Positions 8,104-17,922 of a DNA stretch of 64,000 bases are shown piece after piece; within the stretch, counting starts at the first letter, position 1, and each line of letters starts with the position of its first letter. The translations under genes and the position numbers were made by a program. The notes beneath the pieces were generated by a model that made no database searches, was not told where the DNA came from, and worked only from the letters and a program-made list of their open reading frames with translations. This stretch comes from an uncultured Verrucomicrobiae bacterium. Its GTDB lineage: Bacteria; Verrucomicrobiota; Verrucomicrobiia; Limisphaerales; UBA11358. Where the stretch lies: NCBI GenBank assembly GCA_963845665.1, contig CAWJTA010000002.1, positions 2,733,581-2,797,580 of the forward strand, read 5' to 3'.

Positions 8104-11100
8104 TCATTCGTCGCCTCCATTGGATTCGGTCTTTCGTGGCCACCGTGACTGGCGCTCGGGCAACGTTGTGTCCACCTTGGCGTAATAGGTGCCTTCACCA
8201 AAGCGGGTGTCCGCTTCATGCTGCAATTCCAGCGACGGCATCACTGAAAACCGGTCATTCGCCTGCAAAAAAAAGACTTCGCCCGCCGGTTGCATAAAAC
8301 AAAGGAAAAGCGGGCATTTGCCCGGATGCCCCACAACCAGGTCGCGCACCGTCTCCAATTGAGCCGGCTCCAGATGCGCTGTCTGCAACCGCAGATGGAC
8401 CTGTTTCGTAAATTTTTTTGGCGCTTCCTCGAGCGCGATAATTTCCTGCGGAAAAATCTTTGGACGCTCGTCACCAACATTCACTTCCCCGGTAACCAGG
8501 ATTGCTTTGTTGAGCTGTAACAGGGCCTTGAATTTTTCGAAGTTCTCGTTCATGCACAGGATTTGCACGGTGCCCTCCAAATCCTCCAGCGTGACCATGG
8601 AATAAGGTTTGCCGGATTTTTTGGACACGCCGTTTTGAACCGTGGCAATAAGTCCTCCGATGCGGGTCATCCCGCGATTGGGCAGGCCGGCCAGTTGCGC
8701 GGTATTGACGAGCGCGTATTTTTTCAATAGCGGGACATAGGGCGTTAGTGGATGGCCTGTGACGTAAAAGCCCAAAAGTTCTTTTTCATAGGCCAGCAAC
8801 TCGTGCTGGGGCCATTCCGGGAGGTTCTTTTCCGTCTCGCTCATGCCGCCGGCCGCGGGCTTGTCTTCGAACGCGCCAAAGAGCGAGCTCTGGCCCTTTT
8901 GCTTGTCCGATTGAATGCCTGCGGCGCGCCCCAGGGCCCGGTCAATCTGCGAAAACATCGTCGCGCGCGTTTGGCCGAAACAATCGCACGCTCCGCACTT
9001 GATCAGGGCCTCAAGGACTTTGCGGTTGAGCGCCCGGCTTTCAACCCGTTCGCACAAGTTAGCGAGCGATTTGAACTTTCCGTTTTGGTCGCGTTCCTTT
9101 AGGACGCTTTGTACGGTCGCTTCGCCCACATTTTTAACTGCGGCGAGCCCGAAACGAATAGGGCGCTGTGGATGGGATTCTGACTTTGCAGACTCAGAAC
9201 CCGTTCCAGCATTGCTCGGTTCAAAATAGACACCACTCTCATTCACGTCCGGTTGCAACACCTCAACACCGAATTCGTGCGCTTCATCTATATATTTGCT
9301 CAACTTTTCCGTGTCAGCCATATCGTTGGTCATCATGGCGCAGAAGAATTCGACGGGAAAATTCGCCTTCAGATACGCGGTTTGATAGGCAACGATGGCG
9401 TAAGCGGCGGCGTGGGATTTGTTGAAGCCGTAACCGGCAAATTTTTCCAGCAAATCGAAAATCTGGTTCGCTTTGGTGGCGGAAATCTTGTTTTTTTCAG
9501 CGCATCCTTTAACAAATTTCTCGCGCTGTTTCTGCATTTCCTCGACTTTTTTCTTGCCCATGGCGCGGCGGAGGATGTCCGCGGCGCCCAGCGTAAATCC
9601 AGCCAGGATTTGCGCAGCCTGCATCACCTGCTCCTGGTAGATCAAAATACCATACGTCTCGCTGGCAATGGGCTCGAGCAACGGATGTTCGTACTCGATT
9701 TTGACGTCACCATGCCGGCGTTTGATGAAATCAGGGATCAGATCCATTGGGCCAGGCCGGTACAATGCCACCAGCGCTGTGATGTGCTCGATGGAACTAA
9801 TTTGAAATTTACGGCACAGGTCGCGCATCCCGCCGGATTCCAACTGGAACACGCCAAGCGTTTCGGCCCGGTTCAATAAATCGTAGGTTTTTTTGTCGTC
9901 CAACGGCAAATGGTCTATGTCAATTTCGATTCCCTGGGTGCGCCTGGCCATTTCGCAGGCGTTGCGAATGACGGTGAGGGTCTTGAGTCCCAGGAAGTCC
10001 ATTTTCAACATTCCCAGGTCGCCAACAGGGTTCATCGCGTATTGCGTGACCAACGAGCCGTCTTCATCCTGTTTGAGCGGCAGCAGGTTTACAAGAGGCT
10101 GGTCGCCGATCACCACACCCGCGGCGTGGACGCTGGAGTTGCGCGTCAAATCTTCGAGGACCAGGGCCGTGTCAATCAGTTCGCGCGTTACGTCCTCACT
10201 ATCATAGGCAGTCTTGAGTTCAGGGGATTGCTTCAGCGCCTTTTCGAGCGTCATTTTTAAATCGGCCGGAATCATTTTCGCCAGGCGATCACCGTCGCTG
10301 TAGCCCAACCCCATGACCCGCGCGACATCGCGGACGACGCTTTTGGCCCCGAGAGTGCCGAACGTTATAATTTGCGCCACCGCGTCGCGTCCGTATTTTT
10401 CGCGGACGTACGCAATCACATCAGCCCGGCGATCGTCGGCAAAATCAATGTCAATGTCGGGCGGATTGACGCGCTCAGGATTCAAAAACCGTTCAAACAG
10501 AAGGCCGTAACGGATCGGGTCCACGTTCGCAATTTCGAGCAAATAAGTCACCAATGAACCAGCGGCGCTTCCACGGGCAACGCAGGAAATGCCGTGCTCA
10601 CGTCCGTACCGGACAAAGTCGCCGACGATTAAAAAGTAACTTAAGAAACCCGTTTTCTCGATGACTTTCAGTTCGAGGTCCAAACGGTCCAGGACAACTT
10701 TGACTGCCGCTTCCTCAGAATCCTTAAAGGAGGGCAGCAATTGTGCGTTTTCTACTTTTTCGACTATGAATTGGGCGCCTTCAGCCCGCGCGTGAATCCC
10801 ATAACGTTTCTGCAAGCCTTCGGCCAGAAGCTTTCGCAGGTATCCTTCGCGCGTAAAATGTTCGGGCGGATGGAATACGGGAAAATGCAGGTTCTTGCCA
10901 TCCACTTGCAGTTCCAAATTGCATTGTCCAGCCACCTCCAAAGTGTTTGTGACGGCCTCGGGCGTTTCCGCAAATCGGGCCTTCATTTCCTCGGCTGAGC
11001 GGAGATAAAACTGCTCGGCCGGATAGCCGGCGCTCATGCGTTTTGGGTTGCTCAACAGGTCCTGCGTGCCGATGCAAACCAGGCAATCGTGCGCATGCGA

Positions 11101-11751
11101 ATCGCCTTTTTTGATATAATGAACGTCGTTGGTGGCGACCAGTTTGAGGCCGAATTCTTTTGACCATTCAATCAAGTGCCGGTTGACCTTCGCCTGCTCC
11201 GGCAGCCCGTGGTTCTGCAGCTCGAGATAAAAATTTCCGGCGCCCAGCGTTTGCCGGAACCAGTCAACCGTTTCCCGCGCCTTGTCCAATTGGTCTTTGA
11301 GGATCAGGTCAGGAATTTCGCTGGCCAGGCAACCGGACATGGCAATGAGACCGTCTTTGTGGGCTGTGAGGATTTCTTTGTCAATGCGGGGCTTGTAATA
11401 GTAGCCCTTGAGGTGGGCGTCCGTCACCAGTTTGATGAGGTTTTTGTAGCCGGTTTCGTCTTTGGCCAACAGCCCGAGATGATGATAAACGTCCCGGCCG
11501 CTGCCGGCCTTTTTTTCCAGGCGTGAGCCGGGGGCCACATAGACTTCGCAACCGATGATGGGTTTGATCCCCTTTTCCCGGGCCGTTTTGTAAAAATCAA
11601 TGGCGCCGTAGAGCGCGCCGTGGTCGGTGATGGCCATCGCGGCAAATCCGAGTTCAACTCCCTTTTCCATGAGCCTGTCGAGACGGCAGGCCCCATCGAG
11701 CAACGAATACTCGGTGTGCAAATGAAGATGAACAAAATCCGCGTGCGGCAT
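8104..11751 (-). CDS. dnaE: DNA polymerase III alpha subunit
   Basis: 1215 aa. PHP domain 'FVHLHLHTEYSLLDGA', polymerase core 'GRDAVAQIITFGT', 'LGLLKMDFLGLKTL', 'GFNKSHAAAYA', and a C-terminal OB fold. Confidence 0.97.
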   Translation of the reverse strand: MPHADFVHLHLHTEYSLLDGACRLDRLMEKGVELGFAAMAITDHGALYGAIDFYKTAREKGIKPIIGCEVYVAPGSRLEKKAGSGRDVYHHLGLLAKDETGYKNLIKLVTDAHLKGYYYKPRIDKEILTAHKDGLIAMSGCLASEIPDLILKDQLDKARETVDWFRQTLGAGNFYLELQNHGLPEQAKVNRHLIEWSKEFGLKLVATNDVHYIKKGDSHAHDCLVCIGTQDLLSNPKRMSAGYPAEQFYLRSAEEMKARFAETPEAVTNTLEVAGQCNLELQVDGKNLHFPVFHPPEHFTREGYLRKLLAEGLQKRYGIHARAEGAQFIVEKVENAQLLPSFKDSEEAAVKVVLDRLDLELKVIEKTGFLSYFLIVGDFVRYGREHGISCVARGSAAGSLVTYLLEIANVDPIRYGLLFERFLNPERVNPPDIDIDFADDRRADVIAYVREKYGRDAVAQIITFGTLGAKSVVRDVARVMGLGYSDGDRLAKMIPADLKMTLEKALKQSPELKTAYDSEDVTRELIDTALVLEDLTRNSSVHAAGVVIGDQPLVNLLPLKQDEDGSLVTQYAMNPVGDLGMLKMDFLGLKTLTVIRNACEMARRTQGIEIDIDHLPLDDKKTYDLLNRAETLGVFQLESGGMRDLCRKFQISSIEHITALVALYRPGPMDLIPDFIKRRHGDVKIEYEHPLLEPIASETYGILIYQEQVMQAAQILAGFTLGAADILRRAMGKKKVEEMQKQREKFVKGCAEKNKISATKANQIFDLLEKFAGYGFNKSHAAAYAIVAYQTAYLKANFPVEFFCAMMTNDMADTEKLSKYIDEAHEFGVEVLQPDVNESGVYFEPSNAGTGSESAKSESHPQRPIRFGLAAVKNVGEATVQSVLKERDQNGKFKSLANLCERVESRALNRKVLEALIKCGACDCFGQTRATMFSQIDRALGRAAGIQSDKQKGQSSLFGAFEDKPAAGGMSETEKNLPEWPQHELLAYEKELLGFYVTGHPLTPYVPLLKKYALVNTAQLAGLPNRGMTRIGGLIATVQNGVSKKSGKPYSMVTLEDLEGTVQILCMNENFEKFKALLQLNKAILVTGEVNVGDERPKIFPQEIIALEEAPKKFTKQVHLRLQTAHLEPAQLETVRDLVVGHPGKCPLFLCFMQPAGEVFFLQANDRFSVMPSLELQHEADTRFGEGTYYAKVDTTLPERQSRWPRKTESNGGDE

Positions 11752-11970
11752 GACACCAATTTAGCTTTTCACAGCGGCAAGACCAAGAGGCAAAGTTGAA
11801 TACAGCAGACTATCGATGGCAGGGACGCTGCGCTGCGGCGCAACGGGCTTGGCCGGACCTGTCGCTTGATCAACCCGCTTTACGGGCGGTGACGGCGCAG
11901 GGCGCCGTCCCTGCCAACAATCCCTCAGTTTCGCTTTGCCTTTCGGGCGTTTGTCGAGCACTTTAAGTCG

Positions 11971-12669
11971 ATGAAAAGATGGTCGTTTGTTTGGTTTGGA
12001 GTATCGTTTGTTGGGATATTGTTGTCCCCGCAGTTTGCGGGCGCGGCGTTGGCCAGGTACGTTGTACTTGAGGGAAACGTGGGTTATTTGCGCGTTGCCA
12101 AAACGGACAAGGACCTTGCGAGCGGCATAGCGGCCGCGCTGAACCATTTGGCAGCGACGAATGCAATCGCCGGAATCGTCGTTGATTTGCGCTTCGCCGG
12201 TGGAAATGACATGGGCGATCTTCGCGGGATCGAACAGCAGTTGGAGCAACCCAAATTGCCGCTGGCGATCTTAATCAACGGCCAAACCGACGGCGCATCC
12301 GCAAAGGTTGCTGAAGATTTGCGGGAAGAAAATACCGGCCTGGTTTTTGGTTCAGCCGCGGAGAATTTTCAACCGGACATTCCCGTACCGATAAACTCCG
12401 ACGACGAGAAGAAGCTTGTCAACGACCCTTACGCGGAGTTGCCGGAGAGCTACACTGTGGATGCCAGCACAAATTTGCTGCCGCTGGTTGAGATCGACCA
12501 CACCACTGAAGCGGATCTGGTCCGCGAAAAAATCAAGGACGGCGACCAGGACGATAGTGATCATCCTGCCGTACCGCAAAAGCCGTTCATCCATGATCCG
12601 GTTCTGGCACGGGGCGTGGATTTTATCAAAGGAGTGGCCGCGTTGCATCTGAGCGCCGCCCAGCCCTGA
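11971..12669 (+). CDS. Secreted protein with an S41 (tail-specific protease)-like domain; catalytic dyad not recognisable
   Basis: Signal peptide 'MKRWSFVWFGVSFVGILLSPQFAGA'. 'GYLRV...GIVVDLRFAGGND...LAILINGQTDGASAKVAE' resembles the S41 core, but I could not find the SASA-E / GKG Ser-Lys motifs. Confidence 0.35.
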   Translation: MKRWSFVWFGVSFVGILLSPQFAGAALARYVVLEGNVGYLRVAKTDKDLASGIAAALNHLAATNAIAGIVVDLRFAGGNDMGDLRGIEQQLEQPKLPLAILINGQTDGASAKVAEDLREENTGLVFGSAAENFQPDIPVPINSDDEKKLVNDPYAELPESYTVDASTNLLPLVEIDHTTEADLVREKIKDGDQDDSDHPAVPQKPFIHDPVLARGVDFIKGVAALHLSAAQP

Positions 12670-12779
12670 GGGGAACCAAAGTTTGAAATATCAAAAGAAA
12701 CGGGCGCATCGCATAAATTTTCTTTGCATTCGGAATTGACGAGTCGGCCCCTACAATTCACTTTAAATCTTCGCTCTGG

Positions 12780-14948
12780 ATGAAGACGATTTTGTTTATA
12801 TGCACCGGCAACGTTTGCCGCAGTCCCATGGCCGAAGGGCTTTTTCGCAAGGCTGCGGGCAACGGCGAGTTCCGTGTGCTCTCGGCCGGGCTTGGGGCCG
12901 TTGACGGACAGCCTCCGACACCGCATTCCGTCTCGGCCATGCGTGAACTGGGGATTGATATTTCGAGCCAGCGCAGCCACACGCTGACAGGCGAGTTGGT
13001 GCGGCAGGCTGATTACATTTTTGGAATGACCCACTCCCACGTGGACACCGTGGGCCTTCTTTACCCTGCGGCAGCGGACAAAACGTTCCTGCTGCGCGAA
13101 TTTAATGAATTGGTCCCTTCTTATGAAAAGGACATCCCTGACCCGATTGGATGCCCGTATGATATTTACGTCGTCTGCCGCGATCAAATTTACCAAAGCA
13201 TCAATTCTCTTTTGAAATTTATGGAACAACATGAAACTCTCCAGACGTCCACCTCCGAAACGCCTTCATTTGTCAACTTTGCCGTCGGCGCCGACCACGG
13301 CGGCTTCGACCTCAAAGAAACGCTAAAGAAAGAACTCTTGAGTCGGGGATTGACCGTCAGGGATTTCGGCGCGGTCAGCAAAGATCCGGCCGACGATTAT
13401 CCGGATTTTGCCATCCCGGCCTCCGAATCCGTAGCCGAAGGGCGCGCCGAGTTTGCTCTGCTGATCTGTACCTCGGGGGTTGGTATCAGCATCGCCGCTA
13501 ATAAAATTCCCGGCGTTCGCGCCGCCCAGGCGTTCAATGAAAAGGAAGCAGACTTGATACGGCGGCACAACGACGTAAATGCCCTTTGCCTGAACGGTGA
13601 CATGGAACCGGAACTGGCGAAACGCGTTCTTAATGCATTTATCGCCGGCAAGTTTGAAGGCGGACGGCACGAACGCCGGGTCGATAAGCTCGACTTCCGG
13701 CTGGCGCCAGTGCAATTGCGTTTGCGGAACGTGGACCCGGCAGTGGGCGCGGCGATCGAACGGGAAAAAAACCGGCAGCGCGAAAACATTGAGCTCATTG
13801 CCAGCGAAAACTTTGTCAGTCCCGCCGTTTTGGAGGCGCAAGGCTCGGTTCTAACCAACAAGTACGCTGAAGGCATTCCCGGCAAGAGGTGGTACGGGGG
13901 TTGCGAAAATGTGGACATCATCGAACAACTCGCCATTGATCGGGCCAGGAAGCTCTTCGGCGCCGACCACGCGAACGTACAGCCGCATTCCGGAAGCCAG
14001 GCGAACATGGCGGTTTATTTCGCCGTGCTCAAACCCGGCGACAAAATGCTGACGATGGATTTGACCCACGGCGGCCATTTGACCCATGGCAACAAAGCTA
14101 ATTTCAGCGGCCGATTTTTTGAAATCATCCATTACGGCGTTCGCAAGGACACCGAGCAGATTGACTATGACCAGTTCGCGGCGCAGGTGCGGGAACACAA
14201 ACCCAAAATGATCACCGTGGGCGCCAGCAATTATTCGCGCACGATCGATTTTAAACGGATGGGCGATATCGCCCGCGAAGCCGGCGCTTTTTTGATGGCC
14301 GACATGGCTCATATTGCAGGGCTCGTCGCCACCGGATTGCATCCGAGCCCGGTACCGCATGCGGATTTTGTGACCACCACTACGCACAAGACATTGCGCG
14401 GTCCGCGCGGCGGACTGATTTTGTGCCGTGAAAAATACGCGAAGGAAGTGGATTCAACAGTATTTCCCGGCATCCAGGGCGGTCCGCTGGAACACGTCGT
14501 CGCCGCCAAGGCTGTCTGCTTCCATGAAGCCTTGCAGCCCTCGTTTAAGGCGTATCAGGAGCAAATTATCAAAAACGCGAAGGCTCTTGCGGAAGGAATT
14601 AAGCGCAATGGTTACCGTCTTGTCAGTGGCGGTACTGACAATCACCTGATGTCGGTGGATGTGGGTGCCAAGGGCCTGGGCGGCAAGGATTGCCAGCTGG
14701 CGCTGGATGAGGCCGGGATTACCGTCAACAAAAATACGATTCCGTTTGAGACGCGTTCGGTATTTCAAGGCAGCGGCCTTCGCCTGGGCACACCGGCAGT
14801 GACGACACGCGGCATGAAAGAACCTGAAATGGCGGCCATCGCTGATATGGTATCGGAAGTACTGATGGACATTAAAAATACGGAAGTCATTGGAAAAGTC
14901 CGGCAGCGCGTTCGCGAATTGACCGCGAAATTTCCGTTACCTTATTAA
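12780..14948 (+). CDS. glyA: Single 722-aa ORF fusing LMW protein-tyrosine/arginine phosphatase + ribose-5-phosphate isomerase B + serine hydroxymethyltransferase
   Basis: Residues 1-150 (nt 12780-13229): '[14 protein letters not shown]' C-X5-R P-loop and 'IPDPIG'. Residues ~165-304 (nt 13272-13691): RpiB '[12 protein letters not shown]', '[15 protein letters not shown]', '[11 protein letters not shown]'. Residues ~313-722 (nt 13716-14945): SHMT '[29 protein letters not shown]' and PLP lysine '[14 protein letters not shown]'. There is no stop codon between the modules. Confidence 0.85.
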   Translation: MKTILFICTGNVCRSPMAEGLFRKAAGNGEFRVLSAGLGAVDGQPPTPHSVSAMRELGIDISSQRSHTLTGELVRQADYIFGMTHSHVDTVGLLYPAAADKTFLLREFNELVPSYEKDIPDPIGCPYDIYVVCRDQIYQSINSLLKFMEQHETLQTSTSETPSFVNFAVGADHGGFDLKETLKKELLSRGLTVRDFGAVSKDPADDYPDFAIPASESVAEGRAEFALLICTSGVGISIAANKIPGVRAAQAFNEKEADLIRRHNDVNALCLNGDMEPELAKRVLNAFIAGKFEGGRHERRVDKLDFRLAPVQLRLRNVDPAVGAAIEREKNRQRENIELIASENFVSPAVLEAQGSVLTNKYAEGIPGKRWYGGCENVDIIEQLAIDRARKLFGADHANVQPHSGSQANMAVYFAVLKPGDKMLTMDLTHGGHLTHGNKANFSGRFFEIIHYGVRKDTEQIDYDQFAAQVREHKPKMITVGASNYSRTIDFKRMGDIAREAGAFLMADMAHIAGLVATGLHPSPVPHADFVTTTTHKTLRGPRGGLILCREKYAKEVDSTVFPGIQGGPLEHVVAAKAVCFHEALQPSFKAYQEQIIKNAKALAEGIKRNGYRLVSGGTDNHLMSVDVGAKGLGGKDCQLALDEAGITVNKNTIPFETRSVFQGSGLRLGTPAVTTRGMKEPEMAAIADMVSEVLMDIKNTEVIGKVRQRVRELTAKFPLPY

Positions 14949-15377
14949 ATGCAACGGCAAAAGAGACGGCGAAATTCAATCCTGTGGGTTGAAGCGGGGG
15001 GATTTTCGCTGATCATTGTCATGTCGTGGCTGACAGAGCTGTTCCGGATTCCACACTATCTCTTTGGCGAATCCTTCGTCCCAAACTGGCATCGAGCAAT
15101 TCTCCGGACGCTGGTCATCGGCGCGATTTGGATATGGGTTTATTGGATTACGCGGCGCCTGCTTAGGCGCCTGCATTACCTGGAGGAATTTCTGCGGATT
15201 TGCAGTTGGTGCCGCAAGGTTTGCCACGACGACGAATGGCTAGGGCTGGAAGCATTCTTCAATTCAAAATTCGCGACGCGAACGTCGCACGGGATGTGCC
15301 CGGAATGCCTGAAGAAGAAGGTCCTCGAACTGTCGCCGGATGAAAAGCCGTCAAAGCCGCAAAACCGGCTCAACTGA
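14949..15377 (+). CDS. Small membrane protein with a C-terminal Cys-rich (CxxC...CxxC) tail
   Basis: The ATG directly abuts the TAA of the fusion ORF (TAAATG). Two TM helices, then 'ICSWCRKVCHDDEWLGLEAFFNSKFATRTSHGMCPECLKK'. Confidence 0.6.
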   Translation: MQRQKRRRNSILWVEAGGFSLIIVMSWLTELFRIPHYLFGESFVPNWHRAILRTLVIGAIWIWVYWITRRLLRRLHYLEEFLRICSWCRKVCHDDEWLGLEAFFNSKFATRTSHGMCPECLKKKVLELSPDEKPSKPQNRLN

Positions 15378-15392
15378 GCAGAGGGGATGAGG

Positions 15393-15515
15393 GGATGATT
15401 GGATGATTGGATTAACGGATTTTTGGCATGACGAGTCGTCACATGGATTTTTGGATCGCGGGAATTGTCCGGTGCGGATTACCCATTATCCATCCATCCA
15501 ATAATCCATTTATCC
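15393..15515. repeat. Imperfect 20-nt inverted repeat (GGAT-rich arm / ATCC-rich arm) flanking an 83-nt spacer, between convergent genes
   Basis: 'ggatgattggatgattggat' (15393-15412) pairs with 'atccaataatccatttatcc' (15496-15515) at 17 Watson-Crick pairs plus 1 G-T out of 20. The spacer holds 'ggatttttgg' twice, flanking the palindrome 'tgacga-g-tcgtca'. Confidence 0.6.
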
Positions 15516-15522
15516 AGGGCCT

Positions 15523-15783
15523 TTAGGCGGCGGCTGGCTTCCAATTCCGCTTCGGGGCCTTTGTAACCAGGCCTTTTTTGAGGGCGGTGGCGGCCACGCG
15601 GATGTAACGGACTTCGCCGCTGGGCAAAAGGGCTTTGACACGCTGAAGGTTGGGCATGAATTTCCGCTTGGTGATCGCGGTCACGTGCGTGCCGATACCG
15701 CCGGACTTTTTGGACTTACCAGAGCGCCAGATAATGCTGCCCTTCATTGGGCGTTTGCCAGTCAATTCACAAATGCGTGCCAT
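15523..15783 (-). CDS. rpmB: 50S ribosomal protein L28
   Basis: 'MARICELTGKRPMKGSIIWRSGKSKKSGGIGTHVTAITKRKFMPNLQ' is the canonical L28 N-terminus. Confidence 0.95.
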   Translation of the reverse strand: MARICELTGKRPMKGSIIWRSGKSKKSGGIGTHVTAITKRKFMPNLQRVKALLPSGEVRYIRVAATALKKGLVTKAPKRNWKPAAA

Positions 15784-15888
15784 AAATCAAATTTCAGTTA
15801 AAGAGGTGAAAGAATAGCCATTTTCCGCGCAAAGGCAAGTGCTTTCACGAAGATTTTTAGGCATGAATGACGCTAATCAGCAGCAATT

Positions 15889-16182
15889 TCAGGCCTCGTA
15901 ATCGAAGACTAGAATTTCGGCGCGAATTGGATTGATAAAAGTCTTCACAACGTGCTGATGCTCTGGATGCTGAATATATGCGTTCAGGGCTGCCCGATCT
16001 TTGAAGCGGAAGACCATTCCGTACGTAAAGCCTTTCGCGCGTTCAGAGAAATTCGTGCCCAAAGATAAATCCATGATTTCCGGGATTTTTTCCTTCAAGC
16101 CACGTAGTTCCATTATCGCGCGGTCAATCGCTTCCGGATCGGCCTTCTCGCTCCAGCGTAATAAAAGAATGTGTTCAACCAT
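15889..16182 (-). CDS. Dabb (stress-responsive alpha/beta barrel) domain protein
   Basis: 97 aa. 'VEHILLLRW...', 'GFTYGMVFRFKDRAALNAYIQHPEHQ' is the typical Dabb pattern. Confidence 0.85.
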   Translation of the reverse strand: MVEHILLLRWSEKADPEAIDRAIMELRGLKEKIPEIMDLSLGTNFSERAKGFTYGMVFRFKDRAALNAYIQHPEHQHVVKTFINPIRAEILVFDYEA

Positions 16183-16207
16183 TGTATTCTTCTTTCAAGC
16201 CAAAAGT

Positions 16208-16236
16208 AGTGGGACAGGCTGCAAGCCCGTCCCACT
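16208..16236 (-). terminator. Intrinsic-terminator-like hairpin downstream of ohr
   Basis: 'agtgggac-a-ggct-gca-agcc-c-gtcccact' is a GC-rich hairpin. On the minus strand it is followed by 'ACTTTTGG', and it lies 12 nt after the ohr stop. Confidence 0.55.
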
Positions 16237-16247
16237 CAACTCTTTAG

Positions 16248-16703
16248 TTATAGCAGATTTACTTGCACGTCGATGTTCCCTCGCGTTGCTTTGGAGTACG
16301 GACATAGTTGATGGGCCGCGTCCACGATAGATTGTGCCGTCTCATGGTCGACGCCCGGCAGGCTGACATTGAGACGAGCTCGGATGAAATAAGCGTCCTG
16401 CGCATCCTGGCAAAGGTCCACTTCGGTGTCCATTGAATGGTTAGGGGGAAATTTTAGTTTCATCTTGCCCGCAACCGCCTTCATTGCGCTGGTAAAACAC
16501 GCTGACCATCCTGCCGCGAACAACTGCTCTGGATTCGTGCCATTGCCAGGCGCTCCGGGAAGGGAAGTTTTGAGGTCCAGCCGTCCGTCCGAACTTTTAA
16601 GCGAACCGCCGTCGCGGCCGCCCGTCGTATGTACGCTCGCGGTGTAGAGGATCTTTTTTGCCTGGGGAATGCCAATTTCTTCGGTCGTTTCAGTCATATT
16701 CAT
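16248..16703 (-). CDS. ohr: Organic hydroperoxide resistance protein (OsmC/Ohr family)
   Basis: 'GTNPEQLFAAGWSACF' and 'AHQLCPYSKATRGNI' contain the two conserved Ohr cysteines. Confidence 0.9.
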   Translation of the reverse strand: MNMTETTEEIGIPQAKKILYTASVHTTGGRDGGSLKSSDGRLDLKTSLPGAPGNGTNPEQLFAAGWSACFTSAMKAVAGKMKLKFPPNHSMDTEVDLCQDAQDAYFIRARLNVSLPGVDHETAQSIVDAAHQLCPYSKATRGNIDVQVNLL

Positions 16704-16860
16704 AACGATCTCCTTTTTTTGTTTGGTTTATTACGTGTGTTTAGAAGTGAAACACGGCACATGGCGTCGCGACCCAACGGCAGACCATACCACGCGGACA
16801 TTTAATGTCAAACGGCCTCCTGTGTTATTACACTGATGCTAATTGTCACACTCGCGCCCC

Positions 16861-16888
16861 TTGACATGTCAAAGAATGCCTTGATAAT
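16861..16888 (+). promoter_or_regulatory. Sigma-70-like promoter candidate upstream of the SPFH-like gene
   Basis: TTGACA (16861-16866), a 16-nt spacer, then GATAAT (16883-16888). The -35 is embedded in a perfect 12-nt palindrome 'ttgacatgtcaa'. Confidence 0.35.
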
Positions 16889-16997
16889 TTTGCGTGACGC
16901 GGGATGGGCTAAATTTTCGCTCATCTGCGCCGCGCCGAGTACGCGCGGCAGGCAGGCGCAATAATCACTATCACTATCAGCAACTGAAAGGTTCTTT

Positions 16998-17918
16998 ATG
17001 GCTGCAATTCGTGGCGTTATCTCAACATTGACAAGCGATGGCAAGGAGGCAATGGGGCCCGATATTCTCATGTATCACTACCCGGACAACTCGATTGTCA
17101 GTGGAACTCTTCTGACCGTGGAATCGAACCATTTCGCGGTGCTAAAATCACGCGGAGCTGTCCTGGATATTTACGAAACGGGCCAATTTCCGATTCAGAC
17201 GCCCGATAAGCCGCTGCTGGGCTCCTTTACGCAGGCGTTTTTCGGCGGGCAGAGTCCATGGCAATACGAAGTTCTTTACGTCAATAGAACCAAAATGGTG
17301 GTCAAAGCGTCCGGCATGGCTTTGTCCAGGGAGATGGCGGAAATGGGTTACGAAGTGGATTACTACTTCCATGTCGCGAAAAAGGACGACGCGCTGGCGC
17401 TGGTCACCCATATGCCGCAAACGGGCCATTTTGTGACGACGTCCCAAGTCAATACCTACGCCGGACCGGTAGTGGAGCAGGCCATCAATCAAATTGTACA
17501 ACTCACACCGCTTGAAAGCGTGAATGAAAAGATTCATGAAATTACGCAATTGGTGCATGACCATTTGCAGGAGTTCTTGAGTGGCTTTGGAATCACGCTC
17601 GATACGGTAAAGGTTTTGGTGTTTCCCAAAGATGAGCGCATGCGCCAACTCATTTCTCTGAAGGCCTTTGGCCTTAGTGAAATAGACGCGGTCCGCTACT
17701 ACACGGCAATGCTAATGGCCGAACGAGGAGTGGTTTCGGCGCCGAATATGGCAATGGGAGTTCCGTTCACCATTGGAGGTATTCCGCAGGTCCAGGTACC
17801 GCTGGATCTTGGCGGCGGCGGCGGCCCTGTTCCAAAAACCCCGCCCACCAAACCTTCTCCAGGAAAGCTCCCTCCCAACCTTCCGCCAATACAGGATAAC
17901 CCGGAACAGGAGCAGTAA
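16998..17918 (+). CDS. SPFH/band-7-related protein (YdjI / 'virion core protein'-like), Pro-rich tail
   Basis: 'LLTVESNHFAVLKSRGAVLDIYETGQFPIQTPDKPLL...SPWQYEVLYVNRT' resembles COG4260-type SPFH proteins. The C-terminus is 'GGGGGPVPKTPPTKPSPGKLPPNLPP'. The start may be an internal Met. Confidence 0.55.
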   Translation: MAAIRGVISTLTSDGKEAMGPDILMYHYPDNSIVSGTLLTVESNHFAVLKSRGAVLDIYETGQFPIQTPDKPLLGSFTQAFFGGQSPWQYEVLYVNRTKMVVKASGMALSREMAEMGYEVDYYFHVAKKDDALALVTHMPQTGHFVTTSQVNTYAGPVVEQAINQIVQLTPLESVNEKIHEITQLVHDHLQEFLSGFGITLDTVKVLVFPKDERMRQLISLKAFGLSEIDAVRYYTAMLMAERGVVSAPNMAMGVPFTIGGIPQVQVPLDLGGGGGPVPKTPPTKPSPGKLPPNLPPIQDNPEQEQ

Positions 17919-17922
17919 GTTT

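Noticed and set aside
15482-15520. 'TTATCCATC' and 'TTATCCAGG' resemble DnaA boxes (TTATCCACA), raising the possibility of an origin-like element.
   Set aside because: There are only two 7/9 matches. No AT-rich unwinding element and no dnaA/dnaN context are present. The matches are a by-product of the ATCC-rich repeat arm.
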